Source of the DNA: Acidobacteriota bacterium
GTDB lineage: Bacteria; Acidobacteriota; Thermoanaerobaculia; UBA5066; Gp7-AA6
DNA: 64,000 nucleotides
NCBI GenBank assembly: GCA_020199905.1
Contig: JAIVJS010000076.1
Coordinates: forward strand, 13,842-77,841
Direction: 5' to 3'
The position numbers and the translations under genes were made by a program. The notes beneath the pieces were generated by a model, which saw nothing but the letters and a program-made list of their open reading frames with translations, did no database searches and had not been told where the DNA came from. This document shows positions 18,024 through 27,324 of this stretch, in pieces. The stretch's first letter is position 1. Every line of letters begins with the position of its first letter.

Positions 18024-19922
18024 ATGATGCCCTTCGCCGAGCCCGGTCCCGAGCTGTTCCGCCACTTCGGCCATCCCGGTTTCCGGACGGGCCAGGAGGA
18101 CGTCGTGCGCGCGGTGCTCGCGGGCCGGGACGTCCTCGCGGTCATGCCGACCGGGTCGGGCAAATCGATCGGATACCAGCTCCCCGCGGTGCTCCTCGAG
18201 GGAACGACCCTCGTCGTCTCGCCGCTGATCTCGCTCATGAAGGACCAGGTGGACGAGCTCCTCCGCCGCGGGATCCGGGCGGCGGCGATCCACTCGGGGC
18301 GAAGCCACTTCGAGCGCGGCGAGGCGCTGCGCGCGGCGCGCGCGGGGTCGCTCGACCTCCTCTACGTCGCGCCGGAGCGCTTCGCGTCGGATTCGTTCCG
18401 CGATCTGCTCGCGGAAATTCCCGTCGCTCTCTTCGCGGTCGACGAAGCGCACTGCGTCTCGGAATGGGGCCACGATTTCCGCCCGGATTACCGGACGCTG
18501 CGCGCGGCCGCGGACCGGTGCCACCGCCCGGGCGGCGCGGCAGGACGACCGCCGATCGCCGCGTTCACCGCCACCGCGACCCCGGAGGTCCGCACGGACA
18601 TCGTCACGCTGCTCGGGCTCACAGATCCGGCGGTCTTCGTGGCGGGGTTCGACCGGCCGAACCTCTATCTCGACGTCCGCCGCGTCTCGGGCGAGATCGA
18701 GAAGTGCCGCCTTCTTCCCGGCCTCGTCGGAAACCGGCGAGCGCTCGTTTACACGGCGACGCGCAAGAGCGCCGAGCGCGCGGCCGCCGCGCTCCAGTCG
18801 GCGGGCCTGCCGGCCGAGGCGTACCACGCCGGGCTCGACGAGGCCGAGCGCACGCGCGTGCAGGACGCCTTCGCCCGCGGCACTCTTCCGGCCGTCTGCG
18901 CCACGAATGCCTTCGGGATGGGAATCGACCGTCCGGACGTCGACGCGGTCGTCCACTTCGAGATCCCGGGCTCGCTCGAGGCGTACTACCAGGAGATCGG
19001 GCGCGGGGGCCGCGACGGCCGCCGGGCGGACACGACGCTCCTCTGGAACTACGTGGACGTCCGAACGCGCGAGTTCTTCATCGACCGTGACGATACGGAG
19101 CTCGATCCGAGGACGCGGAACGCATCGCCGGACCCGGAACAGCGCGAGCGCAAGCGCGAGCTCGACCGGGCCAAGCTGCGCCGGATGATCGCCTACGCGG
19201 ACGCGACCGGCTGCCTCCGGGCGACGCTGCTCCGTTACTTCGGCGAGCGAGAGGCTCCCTCGCGCTGCGGCTTCTGCGGAAATTGCGCGCGCCGGGCGCC
19301 GCTCGGCGACGCCGATCTGCTGATCCTCCGCAAGGTGCTGTCGGGAATCGCTCGCGCCGGCGAGCGCTGGGGCAAGCGGAAGATCGCGGCGATGCTCATC
19401 GGCCGTCTGGAAGATCTGCCGGACTCGCTCGCGGGGCTCTCGACGACCGGGATCCTCTCGGACCTGTCGGCGAAGGCCGTCGAATCGTGGGTCGAGGCCG
19501 CGTCGGGAGCGGAGCTCCTCCGCGCCTCGGACGACGTCTACCGGACGCTGTCCCTCACCCGGCTCGGCCGCGACGTCATGGCCGGCCGGGCTTCCGCGGT
19601 CGAGCTCACCCTCCCGCCGCCGCCGGAGAGCAGGCCGCCTCGCCGGAAGAAGACGGCCGCGATGACGGCTGCCCTCATGACCGCGGACGCCCCGGAGGAA
19701 GCCGTCGTCGACCGGTTGCGCGCGTGGCGCCGCGAGGAGGCTTCCCGTCGCGGCGTTCCTGCCTACGTCGTCTTCCACGACAAGACGCTCCTCGCCATCG
19801 CGACCGCGCGGCCCCGGACGCTCTCCGCTCTCGGCCAGATCTCAGGGATCGGGCCCGCGAAGCTGCAGGCCTACGGCGCCGCATTGCTGGAAGCCCTGGA
19901 GACGGAAGGCGGGAGGCGGTAG
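18024..19922 (+). CDS. recQ: ATP-dependent DNA helicase RecQ (RQC + HRDC)
   Basis: [45 protein letters not shown] Zn site and C-terminal HRDC ([12 protein letters not shown]). Confidence 0.93.
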   Translation: MMPFAEPGPELFRHFGHPGFRTGQEDVVRAVLAGRDVLAVMPTGSGKSIGYQLPAVLLEGTTLVVSPLISLMKDQVDELLRRGIRAAAIHSGRSHFERGEALRAARAGSLDLLYVAPERFASDSFRDLLAEIPVALFAVDEAHCVSEWGHDFRPDYRTLRAAADRCHRPGGAAGRPPIAAFTATATPEVRTDIVTLLGLTDPAVFVAGFDRPNLYLDVRRVSGEIEKCRLLPGLVGNRRALVYTATRKSAERAAAALQSAGLPAEAYHAGLDEAERTRVQDAFARGTLPAVCATNAFGMGIDRPDVDAVVHFEIPGSLEAYYQEIGRGGRDGRRADTTLLWNYVDVRTREFFIDRDDTELDPRTRNASPDPEQRERKRELDRAKLRRMIAYADATGCLRATLLRYFGEREAPSRCGFCGNCARRAPLGDADLLILRKVLSGIARAGERWGKRKIAAMLIGRLEDLPDSLAGLSTTGILSDLSAKAVESWVEAASGAELLRASDDVYRTLSLTRLGRDVMAGRASAVELTLPPPPESRPPRRKKTAAMTAALMTADAPEEAVVDRLRAWRREEASRRGVPAYVVFHDKTLLAIATARPRTLSALGQISGIGPAKLQAYGAALLEALETEGGRR

Positions 19923-20042
19923 GCGGGAGGCGGAACGCAATCCGGGCGAAGGCGCGCGCCATACGAGTCAGGCCGTTGGCTCGAACGCGACGACCAGGTC
20001 CCAACTCTCACCACTCAACTCTCAACTCATTCACTCTTAACT
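19907..20042. repeat. 7-bp arrays AGGCGG(G/T) x4 and AACTCTC-type x5
   Basis: aggcggg aggcggt aggcggg aggcgga; aactctc accactc aactctc aactcat tcactctt aact. Confidence 0.7.
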
Positions 20043-20065
20043 TCCTCCCGGCTTAGACTTCCCCC

Positions 20066-22150
20066 ATGCGCACTTCTTTTCGCCGCTTCTCCGGCTCTGC
20101 CCTGTTTTCGGCGCTGTCCTTCGCGGCTTCGGCCGCGCCTTTCACGCTCGAGCAGGTGCTGAGCGCGCCGTTTCCCTCCGAGCTCGTCGCGGCCCCCGCG
20201 GGGGGCGCCGTCGCGTGGGTCTTCGACGCGCGCGGCGCGCGAAACATCTGGGCGGCGCAACCTCCCGAGTATCGCGGCCGCAGCGTCACCGCCTACCGCG
20301 AAGACGACGGTCAGGAGATCTCCGATCTCGCCTTCACGTCCGACGGCAAGGCGATCGTGTACGTGCGCGGCGGCGACGCGAACCGCAACGGCGACATCCC
20401 CAACCCCGCGCTGTCGCCGGACGGCGCCGAACAGGCGGTTTACGCAATCGAGGTTTCCGGCGGCGCGCCCCGGAAGCTCGCCGACGGTCACTCTCCCGCC
20501 GTCTCGCCCCGGGACGGCCGTGTCGCCTTCGTGTCCAAAGGGCAGGTCTTCTCCATCCCTCTGGCCGGAGCGGATAAGCCGGCGCCGCTCTTCAAGACGC
20601 GCGGAGATGCCGCGGACCTGCGCTGGTCGCCGGACGGCGCCCGTCTCGCCTTCGTCAGCCGGCGCGGCGATCACTCCTTCGTGGGCGTCTTCGACGCGGC
20701 CGCCCGCACGATCCGCTACCTCGACCCGAGCGTGGACCGCGACCAGAGCCCCATCTGGTCGCCGGATGGCTCACGCGTCGCGTTTCTCCGCGTGCCGTCC
20801 TCCCGCGCGCTCCAGTGGTTCCGCCCTCACCGCGAGGCGGCGCCCTGGTCGATCCGGGTCGCGGACGCCTCCACGGGAGCGGGCCGCGAGGCCTTTCACG
20901 CGGCGGAGGGGCGAGGCAGCGTCTTTCGCGCGGTGGTGGCCTCGGAGCAGATCCTCTGGGCGGCGCCCGACCGGCTGATCTTCCCATGGGAGCGCGACGG
21001 CTGGACCCACCTTTACGCGGTCCCGGCGTCCGGGGGCGGACCCATTCTTCTGACTCCCGGCGATTTCGAAGTCGAGTACGTCGCTCTCTCCCCCGACCGC
21101 CGCTCCGTTCTCTTCAACTCGAACCAGAACGACATCGACCGCCGCCACCTGTGGAAGGTCGCCGCGTCAGGAGGTCCTCCCACGGCCCTGACGACGGGCC
21201 GGGAAGTCGAGTGGGCGCCGGTCGGGACCTCGGATGGCCGCGCCGTCGCGTTCCTGCGCTCGGACGCGCGCAAGCCGCCGCGCCCCGCGATCTGGCGCGA
21301 AGCCGCCGGCTCGAAAGACCTGGCCCCCGACGCGATCCCGCCGGATTTCCCCGAGTCGTCTCTCGTCGTGCCCGAGCCGGTGGTCTTTCCGGCGGCGGAC
21401 GGGATGAAGATCCACGGGCAGCTCTTCCTCCCGCCGGGAGGATCGGGGACGCGCCGGCCCGCGGCAATCTTTTTTCACGGTGGATCGCGGCGGCAGATGC
21501 TCCTCGGGTGGCACTACAACTACTACTACCGCAACTCCTACGCCTTCAATCAATACCTCGCCAGCCGCGGCTTCGTCGTGCTCTCCGTCAATTACCGGAG
21601 CGGCATCGGGTACGGAATGGAGTTTCGCGAGGCGCTCGAATACGGCGCCACGGGCGGGAGCGAGTTCCGGGACGTGACCGGCGCGGGCCTCTATCTCCGC
21701 GCGCGTTCCGACGTCGAGCCCTCCGCGATCGGTCTCTGGGGCGGCTCCTACGGCGGGTACCTGACCGCGCTCGGGCTCGCCCGCGCCTCCGATCTCTTTG
21801 CCGCGGGCGTCGACCTCCACGGCGTCCACGACTGGAACCTGGTGATCCGCAACTTCGAGACGACCTACGATCCGGAGAAGAACGCCGCCGCGGCCCGGCT
21901 GGCCTTCGATTCGTCGCCCCTCGCCTTCGTCGGGACCTGGCGATCTCCCGTCCTGTTGATCCACGGCGACGACGACCGCAACGTCCCGTTCGGCGAGTCC
22001 GTGAACCTCGCGGAAGCGCTTCGCGGGCGCAAGGTCGAAGTGGAGCAGCTCGTTTTTCCCGACGAGGTGCACGACTTCCTCCGGCACGAGAACTGGCTCA
22101 AGGCCTACAAGGCCGCCGATGAGTTCCTGGAGAGAAGGTTGAAGAAGTAG
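20066..22150 (+). CDS. S9 family (dipeptidyl/acylaminoacyl) peptidase, secreted
   Basis: Signal peptide, WSPDG propeller repeats, GLWGGSYGG, HGDDDRNV and DEVH catalytic triad. Confidence 0.92.
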   Translation: MRTSFRRFSGSALFSALSFAASAAPFTLEQVLSAPFPSELVAAPAGGAVAWVFDARGARNIWAAQPPEYRGRSVTAYREDDGQEISDLAFTSDGKAIVYVRGGDANRNGDIPNPALSPDGAEQAVYAIEVSGGAPRKLADGHSPAVSPRDGRVAFVSKGQVFSIPLAGADKPAPLFKTRGDAADLRWSPDGARLAFVSRRGDHSFVGVFDAAARTIRYLDPSVDRDQSPIWSPDGSRVAFLRVPSSRALQWFRPHREAAPWSIRVADASTGAGREAFHAAEGRGSVFRAVVASEQILWAAPDRLIFPWERDGWTHLYAVPASGGGPILLTPGDFEVEYVALSPDRRSVLFNSNQNDIDRRHLWKVAASGGPPTALTTGREVEWAPVGTSDGRAVAFLRSDARKPPRPAIWREAAGSKDLAPDAIPPDFPESSLVVPEPVVFPAADGMKIHGQLFLPPGGSGTRRPAAIFFHGGSRRQMLLGWHYNYYYRNSYAFNQYLASRGFVVLSVNYRSGIGYGMEFREALEYGATGGSEFRDVTGAGLYLRARSDVEPSAIGLWGGSYGGYLTALGLARASDLFAAGVDLHGVHDWNLVIRNFETTYDPEKNAAAARLAFDSSPLAFVGTWRSPVLLIHGDDDRNVPFGESVNLAEALRGRKVEVEQLVFPDEVHDFLRHENWLKAYKAADEFLERRLKK

Positions 22151-22244
22151 CTGTCAGCTTTCAGCTCTCAGCGATCAGCCAGAAAGATCGTCACACTCTC
22201 GCGGGTCGAGGAGCGCAAACTGAAAACTGATGACCGCTGACTGA
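22149..22244. repeat. 7-bp arrays AGCTNTC x4 and ACTGAAA-type
   Basis: agctgtc agctttc agctctc agcgatc agc ... actgaaa actgatg accgctg actga. Confidence 0.7.
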
Positions 22245-22253
22245 ATACTCCTC

Positions 22254-22601
22254 ATGAAAGATCGGATCGTCTTCTCGAGCGGGGTTGGCCGGCGTTGCCC
22301 CGAGTGCGGCTGGCCGGAGATCGACTGCCGCTGCTCTTCGACGCTCACCCGCGGCCGCGAGGCCGTGCCGCCCGTCGTCACGGCAAAGCTCCGGGTCGAG
22401 AAGCGCGCGTCGGGGAAGAGCGTCACCGTCGTCGACGGTCTTCCCGACAACGCCGAGCTGCTCTCGGGACTCGCGAAGGAATGGAAGAAGGCGTGCGGAA
22501 CCGGCGGGACCGCGGGCCAGGGATGGGTGGAGCTGCAGGGCGATCAGCGCGAACGCCTTCGCGAGATGGTTCGGAAAAGAGGGTGGAAGGTGAAAGGATG
22601 A
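22254..22601 (+). CDS. yciH: SUI1/YciH translation initiation factor-like protein
   Basis: GKSVTVVDGL, KKACGTGGT and VELQGDQRE; N-terminal CPECG...CRC. Confidence 0.85.
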   Translation: MKDRIVFSSGVGRRCPECGWPEIDCRCSSTLTRGREAVPPVVTAKLRVEKRASGKSVTVVDGLPDNAELLSGLAKEWKKACGTGGTAGQGWVELQGDQRERLREMVRKRGWKVKG

Positions 22602-22608
22602 CGCGGCC

Positions 22609-23292
22609 ATGACGACCCGCGTGTACCTGGTCCGCCACGGGGCCACCACGCTCTCCGCCGAAGACAGGTTTGCGGGGGCGACGGACGCGCCGCTGTCGGA
22701 CCTCGGGCGGGCGCAGGTCGAGAGTCTCGCCGCGCGGCTCGCGTCCGACCCGATCGCCGCCTTCTACGCCAGCCCGATGGGACGCACGATGGAGACCGCC
22801 CGGATTCTGGCGTCGCCCCATGGACGGGAGCCGATCGCTCGCGAAGGGCTGCGGGAGATCAACCACGGCAGGTGGGAGGAGAAGACGCGGGCCGAAGTCG
22901 AGCGGCTCTACCCCGAGGAATACGCGCAATGGGAGACCGACCCGTTCTCCTTCGCGCCGCAAGGCGGCGAGAGCGGTCTCGGCGTGACGGCGCGCGCGCT
23001 TCCCGCCCTGCTCGAGATCGTGTCCGCCCACGCGAACGAGCACGTCGTCATCGCGTCGCACAAGGCGACGATCCGCCTCCTCGTCAGCTCGCTTCTCGGC
23101 TTCGACGCCCGGACCTACCGCGACCGGCTGGACCAGAGCCCCGCGTCCCTGAACATTCTGGACTTCCGCGATGCCACCCGCGCCCGGCTGACCCTCTTCA
23201 ACGACACCTCGCACTACGCCGATGCCGGATCGGGAGTTCCCTCCGAGCCTTCCGCCCGGCTCTCGAAGTGGTGGGACGGGCCCAAATCCTGA
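22609..23292 (+). CDS. Histidine phosphatase (phosphoglycerate mutase) family protein
   Basis: YLVRHG, SPMGR, LREINHGRWE, GGES, ASH and LFNDTSH. Confidence 0.92.
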   Translation: MTTRVYLVRHGATTLSAEDRFAGATDAPLSDLGRAQVESLAARLASDPIAAFYASPMGRTMETARILASPHGREPIAREGLREINHGRWEEKTRAEVERLYPEEYAQWETDPFSFAPQGGESGLGVTARALPALLEIVSAHANEHVVIASHKATIRLLVSSLLGFDARTYRDRLDQSPASLNILDFRDATRARLTLFNDTSHYADAGSGVPSEPSARLSKWWDGPKS

Positions 23293-23312
23293 CCGTCCCT
23301 CGAAAGGATTCG

Positions 23313-23687
23313 ATGATCAACCCTCGCACGCTTCGCCGGGTTCACCTCTACCTGGGCGCTCTCTTCGCGCCCGTCCTGCTCGTTTTCACGGCGAGCGGCG
23401 CGTGGCAGGTCTATCGGTGGAACGACGCGAAGAAAGATGGGAGCGACACGCCTCCCGCCGTCATACGGGTGGTCTCGGAAATTCACCGCGACCAGACGCT
23501 CGCCAAAGACAGGCCGGCGAGGGGCGGCATCAAAGCCTTCGTTTTCGCGGCCTGCCTCGCGCTGATTTCGACGACACTGCTGGGAATCGCAATGGCCTAC
23601 CGCTTCACGACGCGGCCCGTCGCCGTCACGCTCTGCCTTCTCGCCGGAATCCTGGTGCCCGCTCTCCTTCTCCTCCTCGGCCGTTAG
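23313..23687 (+). CDS. Small PepSY-associated TM-like membrane protein
   Basis: ATG after AAAGGA; RRVHLYLGALFAP...SGAWQ; three TM segments. Confidence 0.75.
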   Translation: MINPRTLRRVHLYLGALFAPVLLVFTASGAWQVYRWNDAKKDGSDTPPAVIRVVSEIHRDQTLAKDRPARGGIKAFVFAACLALISTTLLGIAMAYRFTTRPVAVTLCLLAGILVPALLLLLGR

Positions 23688-23703
23688 GACTGAAAACCGA
23701 AAA

Positions 23704-24552
23704 CTGACCACTCAAAACCCCTCCCTCCGCTGTCCGGTGCGAGGCTGCGGAGAGCCGCTGGCTCGCGCGGGAGCCACGTGGTCCTGCGAACGCGGTCATA
23801 CGTTCGACCCGTCGCGCAGCGGGTACCTGAACCTCCTCCAGCCCCAGGATCGCAAGTCGAAGCATCCCGGCGACTCGAAGGCGGCGGCGGCAGCGCGGCG
23901 GCGGCTGTCGGATGCGGGCCTCGAAAACGCGATGCGCGACGAGGTGCTCCGCGAATACGACTCTCTGCCCTCCGGGGAGGAACGACGCCGGGCGGTCCTC
24001 GACGTCGGCTGCGGGGAGGGGTTTCTGCTGGGATCGCTCGCCGGGTCGCGCGCGCTCGAAGCTCACGGGATCGACATTTCGGCTCTGGCGATCGATCTCG
24101 CCGCGAAACGGTATCCCGGCGCGACGTGGATTGTGGGCAACGCGGATCGCGGCCTCCCGTGGAGGGACGGCTCCTTCGATCTCGTCCTGTCGGTCACGGC
24201 GCGCCGGAACGGTCCGGAGATGCGGAGAGTTCTCCGGGCTTCCGGCCGCGTCCTCGTCGCGGTGCCGGGACCGGACGACCTCGCGGAGCTCCGAAAGGCG
24301 CTCCTCGGAAAAGCGACGGAACGGGACCGGGGCGCCTCCGCGGCGGAGGAGCTGGCGCCGGATCTCGAGCTGCTCTCCCGCCGGACGGTGCGGACCTCGG
24401 CGAGGCTTTCCGCCGCGCAGATCCAGGACCTGCTGACGGCGACCTATCGGGGCGGCCGACTCCGCGAGGCGGAGCGCGGGGCCGGGATCGGAGACCTCGC
24501 CGTCACGATCAGCCGGGAGCTCCTCGTCTTCCGGGCCGGCGCGCCCGCCTGA
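23704..24552 (+). CDS. RlmA-like SAM-dependent methyltransferase with Zn finger
   Basis: CPVRGC...CERGHTFD..RSGYLNLL, HPGDS and VLDVGCGEG. The first Cys lies upstream of the ORF-track GTG, so the start is placed at CTG 23704 (uncertain). Confidence 0.82.
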   Translation: MTTQNPSLRCPVRGCGEPLARAGATWSCERGHTFDPSRSGYLNLLQPQDRKSKHPGDSKAAAAARRRLSDAGLENAMRDEVLREYDSLPSGEERRRAVLDVGCGEGFLLGSLAGSRALEAHGIDISALAIDLAAKRYPGATWIVGNADRGLPWRDGSFDLVLSVTARRNGPEMRRVLRASGRVLVAVPGPDDLAELRKALLGKATERDRGASAAEELAPDLELLSRRTVRTSARLSAAQIQDLLTATYRGGRLREAERGAGIGDLAVTISRELLVFRAGAPA

Positions 24553-24559
24553 TCGCGTC

Positions 24560-25825
24560 CTACTTCGCGCGGGCGCGGATCGCGTTGCGGAAGGCGGCGC
24601 GGCCCTTCTCGTCCGGGATGTTCTCCGAGAGAGCGGACCCGAGCGCCACCAGGTTCGGGGCCGTTTTCGCGGCCTTCTTGACGAGCACGCGCGCCAGCGG
24701 GCCGATGTGCCGCGCGAGCTCCATCGAGACGAAGTGGAGGTCCTCTTCCCGGAACGCCGGAGCGGGCGTCGGAACCGGTGCCGGGGTCGGCGCGACGGGG
24801 GGCGTCGCGACCGCGCCCGGGCGAGCCTCCGGAAACGGCACCGACCAGGCGCGTGATCCCGTGGGAGCGGGCGGAGTCTGCAGGCCGCGGGCTGGCGGCG
24901 AAGGAGTCCGAGACCTCTGCGGCGACCCGACCCGGTCCGTGTCGATGATCGTCGCGATGCCGGTGATACCGGGCTCGTCGGCCTCCGGCGCCTCCCCGAT
25001 CTGCAGCCGGTAGAGGTCCCGGTCGACCGCGTCCACGTTCGGGTAGCGCTCCTCGCGCTCCTTGGCCATCATTTTGCGCAGGACGCGGCAAATCCCGTCC
25101 GAGAGGACCGGCTCGTACTGCCGGGGGTCGGGCAGGGGGTAAGTGAGGTGCATCGACATCACGAGCGCACCCGAGGTGCCCTTGTAGGGGGCGTGGCCGG
25201 TGACCAGATGGTAGAAGGTCGCGCCGAGAGAGTAGATGTCGGCGCGCGCGTCGATGTCCTTCAGGCCGCGAATCTGTTCCGGCGAGATGTACTGGGGAGT
25301 CCCGACGGCCTCTCCCGTCAGCGTCAGGCTCTGGTCTTCTCCGACCCGCTTGGCGATCCCAAGGTCCACGAGCTTCAATTCGGCGCGGCTGGTGAACATC
25401 AGGTTGTCGGGCTTGATGTCGCGGTGGACGATCCCCGCGGCGTGCGCGACGGCAAGCGCCCGCACTGCCTGGCGGATGACGATCACCGCGTCCTTCTCGC
25501 TGAACCGCCCGCCCTTCATGTGCGTCCGGAGCGACTGGCCGTCCACGTACTCCATCGCGAGGTAATGAATGCCGTCGACGCATCCGAAGTCGTAGACCTG
25601 TACGATGTTCGGATGGTTCAGGCGAGCGACGACGCGCGCTTCCTTCAGGAACCGATGCACGAAGTCCTTGTCCGCCGCGAACTGCGGTGCGAGAGTCTTC
25701 AACGCGACGATGCGTTCGAGCGTCACGTTCTTCGCGCGATACACCTTCCCCATCCCGCCGGAGCCGAGCTCCTCGAGGACCTCGTAGGCGCCGAAGCGCC
25801 GCCCCGCGAGGCTCTCTTCCGTCAC
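24560..25825 (-). CDS. Hanks-type Ser/Thr protein kinase (soluble)
   Basis: LGSGGMGKVY, VALK, HRDIKPDN, DLGIAK, GTPQYISPEQ and DIYSLG; Pro-rich linker and small helical C-domain; no TM segment. Confidence 0.95.
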   Translation of the reverse strand: MTEESLAGRRFGAYEVLEELGSGGMGKVYRAKNVTLERIVALKTLAPQFAADKDFVHRFLKEARVVARLNHPNIVQVYDFGCVDGIHYLAMEYVDGQSLRTHMKGGRFSEKDAVIVIRQAVRALAVAHAAGIVHRDIKPDNLMFTSRAELKLVDLGIAKRVGEDQSLTLTGEAVGTPQYISPEQIRGLKDIDARADIYSLGATFYHLVTGHAPYKGTSGALVMSMHLTYPLPDPRQYEPVLSDGICRVLRKMMAKEREERYPNVDAVDRDLYRLQIGEAPEADEPGITGIATIIDTDRVGSPQRSRTPSPPARGLQTPPAPTGSRAWSVPFPEARPGAVATPPVAPTPAPVPTPAPAFREEDLHFVSMELARHIGPLARVLVKKAAKTAPNLVALGSALSENIPDEKGRAAFRNAIRARAK

Positions 25826-25901
25826 GACCGGGCGCTCCGGGACCGCGCGTCGCGGAAGGGCGTCCCGCTCACGGGACGGGGTCGCGCTTCGGGCACCCCC
25901 G

Positions 25902-26777
25902 CTACTCCTCCTCGAGCAGCTTGAGGGCCTTCACGAGGCTGATCCGCATCCGGTTGAAGGACCCCGCGAGCACGCCGACCTCGTCCTGACTCCCGAGTCG
26001 GACCTCCGGCGCTTCGAGGTCGCCCATCGAAACGGCATCCGCCATCTGGGAGAGCCGTCGGATCGGGCGAAGGATCGTGAACCACAGCAGGAGATTCAAA
26101 AGCACGAGGATGAACGCGAAGATTCCCACGAGCGAGGCCAGCATGGTGCGGTGCGCCTGCTGCGCCATCGCGAGAGGCACCGCCATGGGGACCGACACGA
26201 TCTGAGCGCCGATGGTCTCCTGCAGCTTCCAGCCGTATCCGCCGGCCGTGCCGTACCTCTTCACGACGGACGCGGGCGTCATCTCGGGCGTCGTGTGACA
26301 GGACAGGCAGCCGGGGTCGGTGATCGTGATCGGCCGGGCGAGATACAGCGCCCTGCCCAGGGGAGCGTCGCGCTCGCCGATGATCTCGTGGAGCTTCGTG
26401 TCTCCGCGGAAGGCGTTGACGACGTCCGCCTCCCAGTCGACCGTGCGGTCGCGCGGGTTCGTCGGGTTCAACGTGGCTTCCTTGTACATGTACTCGGGGT
26501 GCGTCTCCCGCAGCGTGTTGAAGATCTCCGTCGCCGAATAGGCGGGGATCGTCTGCGGGAGGAATTCCTCGGTCAGGCGTCCGGCCAGCAGCGGCTTGAT
26601 CTGCTTGTTGGTGTAGCCGCGGGTGGCCAGGGCCGTCTGCATCATCAGCCGCGCGTGCTGAATCACCTGGGTGCGGGCATTCTTCTGAAGGAGGTTCTGG
26701 GTGATGAGGTGCGCCGGCACGAGCGCGATCCCGACACACAGAACCAGGATCAAGTTGAACTTGACCAGAAGCGACAT
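25902..26777 (-). CDS. DUF3365/Tll0287-like heme-c sensor domain + HAMP membrane protein
   Basis: TM, YKEATLNPTNPRD, CLSCH heme-c motif, TM, then HAMP (PIRRLSQMA...DEVGVLAGSFNRM) and stop; SD AGGAG. Confidence 0.88.
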   Translation of the reverse strand: MSLLVKFNLILVLCVGIALVPAHLITQNLLQKNARTQVIQHARLMMQTALATRGYTNKQIKPLLAGRLTEEFLPQTIPAYSATEIFNTLRETHPEYMYKEATLNPTNPRDRTVDWEADVVNAFRGDTKLHEIIGERDAPLGRALYLARPITITDPGCLSCHTTPEMTPASVVKRYGTAGGYGWKLQETIGAQIVSVPMAVPLAMAQQAHRTMLASLVGIFAFILVLLNLLLWFTILRPIRRLSQMADAVSMGDLEAPEVRLGSQDEVGVLAGSFNRMRISLVKALKLLEEE

Positions 26778-26925
26778 GGGTTCTCCTGTTTCCTGTCCGT
26801 TTCGGAGACACCATTCTAACGCGGGCAGTCCAATCGGCGATGTGCGAGAGACTTACCTTCACGCCGACCTTCTCTCCGGCTCGTGGGGAGCCCTCTTCTC
26901 GGTATCGCCCTCCAGATGAATGACG

Positions 26926-26964
26926 CCCTCACCCCGGCCCTCTCCGGCAAGCGGGGAGAGGGGG
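26926..26964. repeat. REP-like palindrome, copy 1
   Basis: CCCTCACCCCGGCCCTCTCC...GGGGAGAGGG hairpin; same motif at 28761. Confidence 0.7.
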
Positions 26965-27006
26965 AGAGCTGCGCTTGCGTGGAGATGCTGGCGACGCTCG
27001 CAGCGT

Positions 27007-27138
27007 GAGAAGTCTCCCGACCGAAGGGAAGGAGGAGGCTCACGCTGCGGGAGCCGGAGCTCGCGGAGGGACGAGGCGAGCGGTCGAGCCATCAGGCGAG
27101 CCGCCGGCGCGTGAGCGCGTCCCGGAGGGAGGCGACGG
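27007..27138 (+). repeat. Dispersed structured repeat, copy A (candidate ncRNA/MITE)
   Basis: Contains GGACGAGGCGAGCGGTCGAGCC-at-CAGGCGAGCCGC starting at 27069; core shared with copies at 28907 and 35571. Confidence 0.75.
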
Positions 27139-27324
27139 AGGTTTGCCTTCATCCTCAGGATGTGACACTCTCAATGCTTCCGCCGGTCTCGCAGGTCGAG
27201 TCTTCGCGGGCAGCGGTCCAACCGCGAACGTAGGCCTCGCCGGCGAATCCTTCGTTCAAAATACTCAGCCGGAAAGACATAGCGGCGCAGCGCCACTTCG
27301 GGGGCGCCCGCGGAAAAGAGATTC

